Shown: positions 48,662 to 60,533 of the stretch, in pieces
Layout of the letters: each line of letters begins with the position of its first letter
How positions within the stretch are numbered: position 1 is the first letter of the stretch
NCBI GenBank assembly: GCA_024704765.1
Contig: JAKMXF010000017.1
Span: 32,322 to 96,321 of the forward strand
Direction of reading: 5' to 3'
From: Oopsacas minuta
Lineage: Eukaryota; Animalia; Porifera
Length of the DNA: 64,000 nucleotides
Translations under genes and position numbers: made by a program
The notes under the pieces: generated by a model
The model's database searches: none
Told to the model about the DNA's origin: nothing
Seen by the model: the letters and a program-made list of their open reading frames with translations, nothing else

Positions 48662-51600
48662 ATGGCTTTAGAGCAATACTCAGTCTGTATAACATGCTTT
48701 AACGTAAGCCGCCATAAAGCCAAACCAAAGTTAATATTGGAAAGTGCAAAAACTGGAGAATGTTGTCCCACATGCAAGTCTAAATGGGAATCTTGTAATG
48801 TTGCTCGATCAATGACAGATATGCTATGGTATCATATCCGTCCTAGACCTAAAAAAAGTGAGAATGTCATGTGTACAGCTATGCTGAAGGGTAAAACCTG
48901 CAATAAAGGTCCAAAGTGTCTCAAACCTCATAACTCTCTCGAGAAGGAGTTATGGGAATCTGACCGTAAGGCAGCTGTTATGGAACAGCGAGAAATTGAT
49001 AGGCAACTTTTTCAGTGTAGAGTTTGCAATTCACATTTCCTTGCCAAATACCAACTTGATAATCATATGGGCTCAGATGGTCATTTGAAAAAGACACAAG
49101 AATATCGCTTACTACCTTCAGTTGGATCAAGTACAACATTTCGTGTTCCATTGATCAAAAGGCCAAACCTCCCTCTTTGCGTCCCTCATTACAAAATGTG
49201 TAAATATGATTACAATAACTGTAAATCGAATAATTGTCAATATGCACATTCTCCAGAAGAGTTACGCACCTGGGAAGAAGCATTAGCTATTGAGAGGGGG
49301 GTTTCTCAAAGCGGAGAAAATTGGGAATCTGATTCTCGTATCAAAACTGAAGCGATTAAAAAGAGGAAGAAAAGCGAACGTGTTGATTCTCTATCTTCTT
49401 TAGACTCAATTAATGAAAAAGCAACTGGTCCAGATAAAAATACATTCATTAATATGAATAATAGGTTTAATCTATTAGACCTGAATGAGTCATCTCCTCA
49501 ACTTAATACTAATGACGGAACTGCGATAGCTGATAGGCAGCTCCAGAGATCTAAAAGTAATCGAGAGCAAACTGATCGAGATGAATTATATCCAGAAAAC
49601 AGATCTAAAAGTGAAAGTCAAATCGAGGATAGTGAAAATACAGAGAGTCAAATGCTTAACAGTCAAAGCTTAGCAAAAGATGGAGACTATACGCCAGAAA
49701 GTTATAGCAACCAATTTGATGGGTCAGGCAGAGATGATCAAAGATTTAATGATGAAGGTCCAGGATTTCATAATGAAGATAAAGGATATCGAAATGAGGA
49801 GTATGATCCAAGGTATCAGGGTTACAATCAAAGCTATCAGAATGATGATTATAGAGGCGATTCAAGGCCTAAAAAACGAGACCAAAACAGAAGAGAACAA
49901 AGGAATAGCCGACAGCCTTATAAACAGAGTCAGAATGCTAATATGAAAACTCAACTTCCTAATACTGTACCTGGTTTCATGCTACACCTTCGAGGTGTTA
50001 TCAAAAATACAGGTATAAAAAAGTATTTGTCAAACTATCCAACACACATTAGACTCTACGAACGCAATAACAAGTCATTAAATATGGAAATTGAAGAAGG
50101 AAGTGATCCAATAAAATGGATTTTCAGGTTATCATCCAACGCTCCAGACAAACTACACGCAGTTATGCTGCATGATCATAAAAAATCCTTTAAAATTGGT
50201 AAGCTAAATCGAGGCATAAATAACCAAGATTCAACACAACTAATTTCTTGTCCATATTACTCATACAAAACAGGTTGTCATGTTGATAGAGAGTTTGATA
50301 AGGACTCTTACATTGATATCACACTAATCTACACACCTAAATTTGGAACTTTTCGGACATATTTAATTTTACAACTTCAGTTTTCTACCTTGCTGGCGAA
50401 AGAGATAAAGGTCCATGTTGGTGAGAAAAAGTTTGCTCAGATAGCGAATGAATTCATGGAAGAGATTCAACAAACTGCGCAGACTCTTCCTGAGACTTCA
50501 CCTGAGGATACAATTATCTGGGAAGATAATTTCAAAATATACCCATTCCCATCTGAACCCACACTTACACAACCACAACCACAAAACTACCCCATGACAT
50601 CTGCCATAGAAAATCATGTTAAAAAGGGAACATACGAGAATATTAAAGATGTTATTAACCCTAAGGTCTACTGTTTAAGATTCCATAACTTAATGTATCT
50701 AGAAGAGTATGAGCATCGTAGCAAGTTATTGCGGTATAGTCTTGTTGACTATGAAATTAATTCCAGGTCAGTATTACATACAATCACTATTGATGACCCT
50801 ACCATTAGAGATCCATTTCGCGTTTCACAGCCAGGATGGAAATATGTCACTTTCAAATTGAAATATCATATGTTTGAAGGGTATCGAAGTTTTCGTCCAC
50901 CTTCAATTGCTTATGTTATACCTAATGGTACTCTTGTTGCTTTTGAATGTATTATTGCTCATTTTGCTTTTGATAAGGCGCATTTTAAAATTTCAGATCA
51001 AGCAATAGCAGAGTGTGAAAAACACGGAGGCTTAGCTTTAGTGCGTTTCGGACCAGATAGGAAGGAATATGAAAAAATGCACTTATCTCTAGATGAGCTA
51101 AATTTGGACCTCTTATTTCCAGATCACAAATTTATTGATTTCTCATTCAATAAAGAGCTATGCTCCAGTTTAGGAAAATTGAATATTTCCAGCGATCAAA
51201 CTAAGGCTGTGTATAGCATCGCCGATGTCCAGCTGAGGAAAGTACCAACCTTAATCTCAGGTCCTTTTGGTTGTGGGAAGACTGAGACTTTAGTTTCCGC
51301 TACTAAATTTCTAATCTCTGCGTATGCTGACGTCAGAATATTGATCGTGACCCGAAACAACTCCTGTGCAAACATTTACATTGAAAAATTGCAAACCCAA
51401 TGTCATTCATTATCTCTGTTAAGCAGTAACAAAGATAAGAAGCCCATTTTATTTCGATTTATGCCCTCTGACAAAGAAGTCTATCTAGATGCCACTAACC
51501 GATCAATACAAAGCTTCTGTAAGATAGAATCATATACCTACCAACCTCCTACACCCAAGGAATTCATGGAATGCAATATCATAGTCAGTACATCAATTGC

Positions 51601-52951
51601 TTCGTTTGAATTACAAACACTTCGTCCTGAGTTAAAGAAACATATGATGTTCACTCATATTTTCATTGATGAATCAGCTCAGATTATTGAGCCGGAAACT
51701 TGCATTCCTTTGGTACTTGCTGATCCTGAAACAAAACTTGTCTTTGCTGGTGACATCCATCAGACAAGACCGTTAATTCTATCCAAGTTTGGACGTAAAT
51801 TCAACTTGGATGAAACTCTATTCGAGAGACTTTATAAAGCTTCAGAATCTATCAGCATACAAGAATCATTCTGTAAATTCAATTTGTTGGATAATTACAG
51901 GTGTCCAGAGCTTGTGGTCTCTTTTCTATCAAATCATTTTTATCAAGGAAAACTCCGCGCTCACCCGCCTTTTATAAAAGGACCTGACGATTTTCCAGCT
52001 CTCTCCTTCATCAATGTAACTGGTGAAGAGTCTAGAGCTGCCAGTTCATCTTCCTACTTCAACAAAGCCGAAGCAGAAGAGGTGATCAGACAGATAAAGT
52101 TATTCATGGTGGAAGGTATAGACTCTAAACAGATAACTGTACTGTCAACTTATGGTGCACAGATCCATCTATTGAGACAGTACTGCAAGAAAGAGATAGG
52201 CATATTCATAACTATAAGTAACCTTGAGGGAGTACAGGGCTGTGAATATGACGTAGTTATAATATCAACAGTACGGACTATTTCAACATTAGATAGTGAA
52301 CTAAGTCTAGGAGAGAGAGTGGATCTCGGTTTGTTAGATGACGTCACTCAGTTTAATACTATACTGAGTAGAGTTAGAGGTTGGGTAATGGTAGTGGGCA
52401 GTGCTGAGACACTAAAAAATATAGGCAGTTGTAGCGAGGTCTGGAAGAAATATATTCAGCAGTGTATTGAGCTAAACTCGTACTTTGAAGATGATAATGC
52501 AGCTGAAAATTATGAGAATGACGATGTAGCTGTATTTGAGGAAAACAAGTTATCTGTTAACGAATCTATTCAAAATCATTCATCAAGTGGTCCTGTTCCT
52601 TATACTCAGTTGAATCCGCCAATAAATCAGATGATTGAACTCAGACCAAACTCTCAAGATAACTTTCAAACTATAACTCTTCTGAACACTCAAGTAAATC
52701 CTCGATTACAATCCCAGATTAATCAACAGCAAAATGTTGGAAGATATCCCCAACCATTTCCAAACTTTGTCTTAGAGAAGTATACACTTGTAAAATCGCT
52801 TAAAGAAAAATGTTCTCAGGAACTCTTACTTTATCACCCACGGTCAGAGATGGGGATAATAGTCCGGCAACAGCTGGAGCTATTGGCTAACTTTGAGTAT
52901 ACCTTACAGGTTCAGAATCACAATAATACTCAATCTATGCTATATTACTAA
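48662..52951 (+). CDS. HELZ: HELZ-like SF1 (Upf1-like) helicase with CCCH and C2H2 zinc fingers
   Basis: C3H1 fingers, a C2H2 finger, Walker A GPFGCGKT, DESAQ, GDIHQ, LLDNYRC, FYQGKL, QGCEYDVVIISTVR. Orthology to HELZ versus HELZ2 is not resolved. Confidence 0.8.
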   Translation: MALEQYSVCITCFNVSRHKAKPKLILESAKTGECCPTCKSKWESCNVARSMTDMLWYHIRPRPKKSENVMCTAMLKGKTCNKGPKCLKPHNSLEKELWESDRKAAVMEQREIDRQLFQCRVCNSHFLAKYQLDNHMGSDGHLKKTQEYRLLPSVGSSTTFRVPLIKRPNLPLCVPHYKMCKYDYNNCKSNNCQYAHSPEELRTWEEALAIERGVSQSGENWESDSRIKTEAIKKRKKSERVDSLSSLDSINEKATGPDKNTFINMNNRFNLLDLNESSPQLNTNDGTAIADRQLQRSKSNREQTDRDELYPENRSKSESQIEDSENTESQMLNSQSLAKDGDYTPESYSNQFDGSGRDDQRFNDEGPGFHNEDKGYRNEEYDPRYQGYNQSYQNDDYRGDSRPKKRDQNRREQRNSRQPYKQSQNANMKTQLPNTVPGFMLHLRGVIKNTGIKKYLSNYPTHIRLYERNNKSLNMEIEEGSDPIKWIFRLSSNAPDKLHAVMLHDHKKSFKIGKLNRGINNQDSTQLISCPYYSYKTGCHVDREFDKDSYIDITLIYTPKFGTFRTYLILQLQFSTLLAKEIKVHVGEKKFAQIANEFMEEIQQTAQTLPETSPEDTIIWEDNFKIYPFPSEPTLTQPQPQNYPMTSAIENHVKKGTYENIKDVINPKVYCLRFHNLMYLEEYEHRSKLLRYSLVDYEINSRSVLHTITIDDPTIRDPFRVSQPGWKYVTFKLKYHMFEGYRSFRPPSIAYVIPNGTLVAFECIIAHFAFDKAHFKISDQAIAECEKHGGLALVRFGPDRKEYEKMHLSLDELNLDLLFPDHKFIDFSFNKELCSSLGKLNISSDQTKAVYSIADVQLRKVPTLISGPFGCGKTETLVSATKFLISAYADVRILIVTRNNSCANIYIEKLQTQCHSLSLLSSNKDKKPILFRFMPSDKEVYLDATNRSIQSFCKIESYTYQPPTPKEFMECNIIVSTSIASFELQTLRPELKKHMMFTHIFIDESAQIIEPETCIPLVLADPETKLVFAGDIHQTRPLILSKFGRKFNLDETLFERLYKASESISIQESFCKFNLLDNYRCPELVVSFLSNHFYQGKLRAHPPFIKGPDDFPALSFINVTGEESRAASSSSYFNKAEAEEVIRQIKLFMVEGIDSKQITVLSTYGAQIHLLRQYCKKEIGIFITISNLEGVQGCEYDVVIISTVRTISTLDSELSLGERVDLGLLDDVTQFNTILSRVRGWVMVVGSAETLKNIGSCSEVWKKYIQQCIELNSYFEDDNAAENYENDDVAVFEENKLSVNESIQNHSSSGPVPYTQLNPPINQMIELRPNSQDNFQTITLLNTQVNPRLQSQINQQQNVGRYPQPFPNFVLEKYTLVKSLKEKCSQELLLYHPRSEMGIIVRQQLELLANFEYTLQVQNHNNTQSMLYY

Positions 52952-53709
52952 TAGTTATATGTTTACTGCTAACAATATTATTATTATTGCTTAAAATACT
53001 GTTTCTTTTCGAATATTCCTTCATATTGAATTGAAATTCATAATAATCCTCTTCTTCTATGATCTCATTTTGTAATGTGCGTGTATTTATGTTCGAATTA
53101 TTTTGTTGCTGTTTGCATAATTTTTTGTATAAATATATCTTCATTACTAACTTCTAATTGTTTCTATCTTTGCTCTGTGTTTAGTTGTATATTGCTTTAG
53201 CATTCTGTTAAGTTTATTTCTATTATATTGAATTAAATTTGGATAGAGTTCCTTTGGGAAAAATTAGGTCAGCACATTTGTGTGGTAAAGGCTGTTCCTG
53301 TATGCATACGTAGGTTCACTTTCGTATGGCTGTGCTGCGGGCTTGATCTATACTGCACTAATGATCCAATCGAAATCTGACAATAGGATTGAAATTTGAG
53401 AATATGATGCTAAAATGTAACAATTGCATAAATACCTTACAAGCAGTGTATATTCATTTATTTCCCTTCACTTTATATATTAACTATTACGACACACTTC
53501 GTGTCTGCACTCGGGCAGACGCCCTCGAGTGCATAAACTCATAATCTTAATCGTAGCAAACATTATACTACCATAATCTTTAAATCTGCTTACTTTATGT
53601 CCCAAAAGTGAACGAATATTTATGAAATGTTGTTAACATTATCATATTTGGACTCAGCATATTCGATTACCCTAGTATAGCCGTTGAAAGCATGTTTCTA
53701 CCACTATTT

Positions 53710-54152
53710 ACGAAGAAGAAAGTTAGCAGCCAATTCAAATAAAATAACGTGTTCACTTCAATCGTTTATTTGACCGACTTTCCGTAAAGCTAGAGAAAAA
53801 AACTTGTTATTATTCGAAAGTATAGCGTTGGTGGATTACGAAAATGTCATCAGAATTGTAAAAATATGTGTGATGAGTTAGCATTGAGGTTTTGAAATTT
53901 TTCCATTCGTGTCAACTATAATGTGTCATTTGACAGACTTCTCATTATTATTTTGACGAATGGAAAAGTTTTCAAAACCTCAATGCTAAGTCATCACACA
54001 TATTTTTACAATTCTGATGACATTTTCGTAATCCACCAACGCTATACTTTCGAATAATAACAAGTTTTTTTCTCTAGCTTTACGGAAAGCCGGTCAAATA
54101 ACGATTGAAGTGAACACGTTATTTTATTTGAATTGGCTGCTAACTTCTTCGT
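53710..54152. mobile_element. Foldback element with ~200-bp arms and a ~45-bp spacer, inside the Helitron-like repeat
   Basis: 53710-53910 is a near-perfect reverse complement of 53956-54152. Confidence 0.85.
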
Positions 54153-54437
54153 CCACAATTTTGAAATTTGTTTACTTTATATTCATAAAAACAACAATAG
54201 ATTTAGATATAATTATTCCAAAAGTGTGAAAATCGGATTCAGCATATAAGATATATTTACTTTCTTGATAAACGCGATAAATACATAGCTATGCTACCCA
54301 CAATTTCAAAATTGCATACCGTAAATCCTTTTCTTGACAACGGACAAACAAACACAAACAACAATTGAGATTTAATAATATAGATTTACAGTTTTCTCCG
54401 TATACAATTAGTACGTTCGAGCACGTCTTTACTATAG

Positions 54438-57400
54438 ATGGCAACTGGGAGTTCTAGTACCTATGAATATGGCATGGACCAACGATTTGAGGTATGTATT
54501 CCTTATTATTACGATAATTTGCCTAAGTTTAAGCTGAATATTTATAGAATACGATGATTAGAAGGCATTATTCCAAGAAATACGAAAAAATTCAAAAAAT
54601 TAAATTTTTATGAGTGAATTTTAATTCGCAAACTTCGAAGGATTATTTCCTTTGATGAGATATATAAACTGGACTCTTATTTTTACTATTATTTGGCACC
54701 ATATATAGTTATATTTTAGTAGGCCATGGTTTAAGCTAATGAATTCAATAATTTTTGCCAATCTAATCTTTCATGTAATACATTTCCATAGAGTATCCAG
54801 CTGTCCTCAACAGATCAACAAGATGGAGAAACTGGAGTTTACATTGATATTGAAACAGATTATATTCAACCGAAAACCGAAGATGATATTCCCCATCGCG
54901 AAATTCCAAAAGAAATTAGTTCATCAGTTGAAGAGAAGTTAGATACTTTTACTTCTTTTCAGGTATCATGTAAATCTCCTATATTTGATATTTCTAACTA
55001 TATTTCGCCCTATTCTAAGGGTTGTTCCAAAGATGCTAAAGGTTGGTTATCGAAGTACAGTCAACATCCAGTAACTCGAACATTGGTTATTGAACGAATT
55101 TTCTTTTCCCGTTTACTATTCGGTTGATATATACTGTTCTCTTTCTCTAATGCCAGTTAACTCGAGTATTCGCTATCTCGAACAATTTCGATTTCCCCTG
55201 AGGTTTGGGTTATCGGGTGTTGACTGTATTTACATTTCGATACTGTGGTGTATAACCTTTGTATTTCACACACACTCCGTATTTAGGTTATATTGAATTA
55301 TCAGAATTACTTACCAATCAAAAGAATCTTCTGAATCTGAAGCCCATTGGGCAAACTCACTACCTCTCTGGTATACGTATTCAGAGAGGAGACGTTGAAA
55401 AAATAGAATCATCAAATATCTTGAATCTACTGAATATCATGCTTCGAAAGATTATGCTCGTTGATTATTCAAGTCGTGAAATGTCTATTGAATATCCATC
55501 TGTCCGAATTGATTCTTCTAATACAAGTGATACTTTTTGGGAATCAATAAATGGGCCACAGATTGAGGTAAATATACAGATACATCCAATGGATGTATTT
55601 TTGATGCTATACCTCTCCGTAGACCCTTTATTTCAACGAAAAATATTGCAAAAACTAGCAAAATGCAAACTCTCATTACCTCTAATAATTTCTGATCCAT
55701 CGTCATGTCAACCTAAAATATTTGCTTTTCCATTACAATCTCTTTCAAGTGAATGGAAGAAAGATGGTGAAAACGAAAGAGCAAGAGAATCAATAGTATT
55801 TAACGAACCGATGCCAATAATTAGCTTTATTCGATTTGGAAAGCACTCATCAGACAAGTTTTCCAAATCTAAAATTCTCAACAACATCCTTGGGTTTAAA
55901 CATGACTGCTTTATCCATCGCAATAGTCCTGGAAGTACAAAATTTCGTGTTCTATTTAATGGGACAGTAGAGCTTGCTTGGTTTCTTCCAAAAAGGGGTG
56001 ATGAAAATAGGTTTGCTAACCCAATTACTTTTCTAAATTTGAGGGGCAATGCAGCTGAACATTTGAAGCAATTAAACTTCATTCAACTATTATCTAGCAA
56101 GATATTTCTTATTCTATGGTCAGATGACATGCAACAAAATGAAATAGAATCATTGAGAGAGCTGTACAGTAAAGCTGGAGATAAAATTGTATGTTTGTTC
56201 CCTAGTCTCACGCAGGAGGCGAAAATGATAATACGATCGTTTCCAAATATAAAAGGAGATAGTGAACACATATTTGTGTTAGGAAAAGTGAATTGGGCAG
56301 CTGATATTACTGCTCTATGTCATTTAATCAATCTTCACTCCCAAAATGCCTCTGAGAAATTTCGCTCATTAGCTGGTCATATTGATCAAATTAACCACGG
56401 GTTAGAAATAGACTATAACGAATTATATTTCCAAGAAGCTGAACTTGAAATTGACTTATATACAAAACAATTTCTGATTGACTCTGGCCAATATGGTACC
56501 AAAGCCCTTCGTCATATAAAAGATACATATCTGGTGCTTCAGGGTAAACATTGGGAAGATTGGTGCAAGCTTCATACAGAAGGGTACCGTTTGAAGAATT
56601 TGGATAATGTTAATCTGGAGGAGTATAGGAGCCAACTACGTACTCAAATGAATGAGTGTAGGAACGCACAAATCGATATTTTGAATAATATTAATAATAT
56701 GAAATTCCTCTATGAAATTTTAAAAATATGTAGGTTTAGTTTCATCAAACCATTTTACTCCGAACTTTTCTGGAATAAATTACAACTTTCTCTTGATAGG
56801 ATATGTGCAGAGCATTTACCAGCACTCTATGAAGAGCATAATATGATATCAAAGCTTAAGAATATACGTGGTCACGTCGAATCTAACCCATCTAGTCCTT
56901 ATGCAAATTTCACTCAAGCTCAACTAAAAACTGAATTCCACAAGTCAGCAAGGAATCTTAGCAAATCCTCTCTTGGTATGGAGCATATAATTCGTGAATT
57001 ATCCCAAGTATTTGAAGCTTATTCATCAGCTTCTGCTGAACAAAGAAAATCATTGGATCAAAAGTTGCCAATTGATATAAATAATTTACCAATATTCGCA
57101 GCAAACTTTCTACTCCAGGGCTACCCACTAGAAATTCTAGATGGAGACGTATCCCATGTGCCAACTGTGTGGCTATCTAAGGTATTGGAACATCTCAAGA
57201 TCATTATAGGGAATAAACTTATTTATGTCGTGTCAATCCTCGGTGTTCAAAGCAGTGGGAAAAGTACTTTACTGAATACAATGTTTGGATTGCATTTTGC
57301 TGTATCTGCTGGTCGGTGTACTAAGGGTATTTTCATGCAAATGATTCCAGTTAGTCCTGATTTAGTTGACTCACTTGGTTACGATTACTTGGTAGTCCTC

Positions 57401-60157
57401 GACACTGAAGGATTGCGAGCTCCAGAATTGGATGATGACGTTAACAGGTTCCATGATAATGAATTAGCTACTTTCGCAATTGGGCTGAGTCACTTGACTA
57501 TTATTAATATCATGGGTGAGAACCCAACTGATATGGAGGACATTCTTCAAATCACTGTTCATGCATTTTTACGCATGAATCTAGCTTGGATCAAACCGCG
57601 TTGTGTTTTTGTACACCAAAATGTTACTAGTGTAAGTTCTGTGGAATTGCTAGCTCCTGTAAGGAATGCTCTAATTTCAAAGCTTAATGAAATGACTGAG
57701 GCAGCAGCCAAGCATGAAGGCCTTTGCTATAAATACTTCTCTGATTTAATCCAATTTAATCCCGAACAAGACGTTTACTATTTTCCAGGACTATATATAG
57801 GAAGCCCTCCTATGGCGCCAATAAACATAGAATACAGTTTGGAATCTTCAAAATTGAAATCAAAAATACTGAAAATGTTCACACAGTTCCCTAATATGAA
57901 GGGCAAGAAGATTTCTTCTTTTATAACCAGTATCAATCAACTTTGGACTGCGATTTTACACGAAAAATTTATTTTCCATTTTAAGAACATTCAGGAAATG
58001 AATGCACAACGGGAATTGGATTATGCTCTAAGTGAATGGTACTATAATTACAGCCAAAAGGTCTATGAATGTCAAATAGAAATATTCGTTCTCTTGTCCA
58101 ACGAAACGAATATTACGATGACCTTTCGTGATCTTAAAGAAAATATCCAAAACTTGTGTGCAGGGTCATCTAGAGATGAGCAATCTATGATCATTCGTGA
58201 TTTTTTTGAAGTTGGTGAGAAAGTTGAATTATTCAATCAATGGGAGAGTAAAACGAAGCGCTATTTTGAAGAGTCAAGGCAAAGTTTGCAAAAGGAATTA
58301 ATTCATAAATGTCGAACAGAGTACGATTTAATTTTGAATCAAAACCGGTTATCTAAAATGATTGGAGAAATTGAAAGTTCTTTTGTAGTGAAAGTGAAAG
58401 ATTTTTTAAAGAATGTTAATAATTTGCAAAGCTTTGATGATGGTGTAATTCAGGATAATTTTGAAAAGATTTGGAAACAGTGGTTGCGTTCTCTAAATAT
58501 TCAGCAGCCAGAAATTCGAAAATCTAATATTCCATGTGACTTATACGACTATTTTAACAGCACCCCTTGGTATCCTCGTACTCAATCATCTTTTCTCAGT
58601 CGCATCAGAGATTATAATAATTATATCTATGAAGGTGAAAAATTTTATTTTTGTAAGAACCATATACGATTAATCGGCCAGTATCATACGTCAACTGAAT
58701 TATATCAACGCTTATTCACCGCTCTTTCAAAGCATAGGCCTCGAAATCTTGATTACTATGGGAAAAAGGTTTACTACTCAATTATGGATCACCTTACAAC
58801 TATTTCTCAAGAATGCAAATATTTGATTTCACAACTCCCACAAAATTCTGGTTATAATAAAAATTATTTCGGTCGATTAGATAAACTGATTTCAGATAAC
58901 ATCGATGAAATAAACAAGCAAGAATATTCCTTCAGAAGATTTGGCATCCAATTTAGCGATCATTTTAAAAGGGAATATACGTTCTACCACTGTTGCAAAG
59001 CAATCCCTGCATTTTCAATTTTACAAGAATCTTATGAAGATAGTAATTGTATTCAAACACAATTAGTAACTTTGAAAGAAAAATATTTCCATACATTTAA
59101 GAAGTCCATAAAAGCATCTGAAAGTGAGAAAGCATGCTCCGAACATTTAGCAGACATTGTTCTAGAAGGGATGAAGAGATATCTAGTCTCTATTATGAAC
59201 AAAATTGCAGTTGAACAATTCTTATCTGATAAGCATGATATTGTTAGAAGCAAAGGTACTATTCAACTCTCAATCTTGAAAGGTTTAATTAATGCGAAGC
59301 ATCAAAAATTTTGCGAGTATCTTAATTACATTCGTGATCCTAAGGGATGTATGAATAATTGGTTTCGAACTCAATTTTGCGAATATTCAAACCAACCCAC
59401 TTCTCAAAATCGAATTCTGCAAGAATTACAACATCAAATTGATGAAGCACTTGAATATTTCATACGAGCAGCTAAATCTATAAATGTTTCTAATTGGCTT
59501 GAATGGCAAATTTTTTTCCAAACTAAAATATCAATTCGAGTTTCTAATTTACGAATTCAACACTTCACAGTACTAGATAGTTATGATATTAAGAATATTG
59601 ATCAGCTTGTTAATTTTTTCGAGAAGGATATCAAACTACTATCAAAAAACTTTAATTGGATACAATGGATAAAATCGACTGTATCAAAACATTGCGACCC
59701 ACTTAAACAAGTCATGAAAACTAAGCTAGAATGCACAGCTATGTGTCCATTTTGCAGAGAACTATGTCAACTAAGTGTTGGAAACCACAATAAACACTAT
59801 TGCGGCTCATTGCATAGAGTGGATGCTGTTAACGGAGGTCGTGCAAAAGGTTCTGATATGATGTTTAACTATGAATGTACAGTCTCTGTGCGGGATGGTA
59901 AGAAATTTGAACTTGAGGACGAAATTTATCCATTTTCTGAAATGGAAAAAGCCGGGCCTCCATATAATTCATGGACCATCCTTGCAGACGATGCTTGTGA
60001 TTCGAAATATTGGCAATGGTTCACTTTTAATTATGAAAAGGATCTGATTGATCATTATGGGTACATTTCTAATCCAAATATTAAACTTTGGAAGAATATT
60101 ACTAAGGAGCAAGTTCTCCAAGATCTTGATGAGCATTATAAATATTTTGATGTCTAA
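54438..60157 (+). CDS. Very large inducible GTPase (GVIN1/URGCP family)
   Basis: G1 GVQSSGKS, GRCTKG, G3 DTEGL, and C-terminal CPFCRELC. Proposed exons 54438-54491, 54792-55041 and 55287-60157 have GT-AG sites and compatible phases (0, then 1). Confidence 0.85.
55058..55226. mobile_element. pogo/Tigger-like MITE; another left end at 63699
   Basis: TIRs CAGTCAACATCCAGTAAC / CAGTCAACACCCGATAAC, with TA on both sides. Confidence 0.8.
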
Positions 60158-60533
60158 TTTTGATTGTGAAGAAATATTTTGAATTGTATTATAGTTTGTT
60201 CCTTTTTTGTATATATTAAGCCCCTTCCTAGCTGACTAATCAACTCTTAGAGTAGAATTTGAATTTGGAATTATGTAGTTACTGTTATTAAATGCATTTA
60301 CGACATATCAATGGTGTTTTTTGTTTTCAGGGATTTGTACTCGTGAAGAGTAACTCAAAAGATATTAAGTATTTAATATAAGAAGTTTAACTATAAGCAC
60401 GAATAACAACACGGTATAATTTGAAAACGAAAATATTATATCCAATGATTCAATCAAATAACTCAAATGATAAAATAACAAATTAATATATACATATTCT
60501 ATATAACTTTGTTCGAGTACAGGAAATGCGAAG

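Noticed and set aside
53270-53360. GC-richer stretch resembling a small ncRNA
   Set aside because: No recognisable tRNA, snRNA or snoRNA boxes; it would need an Rfam search.
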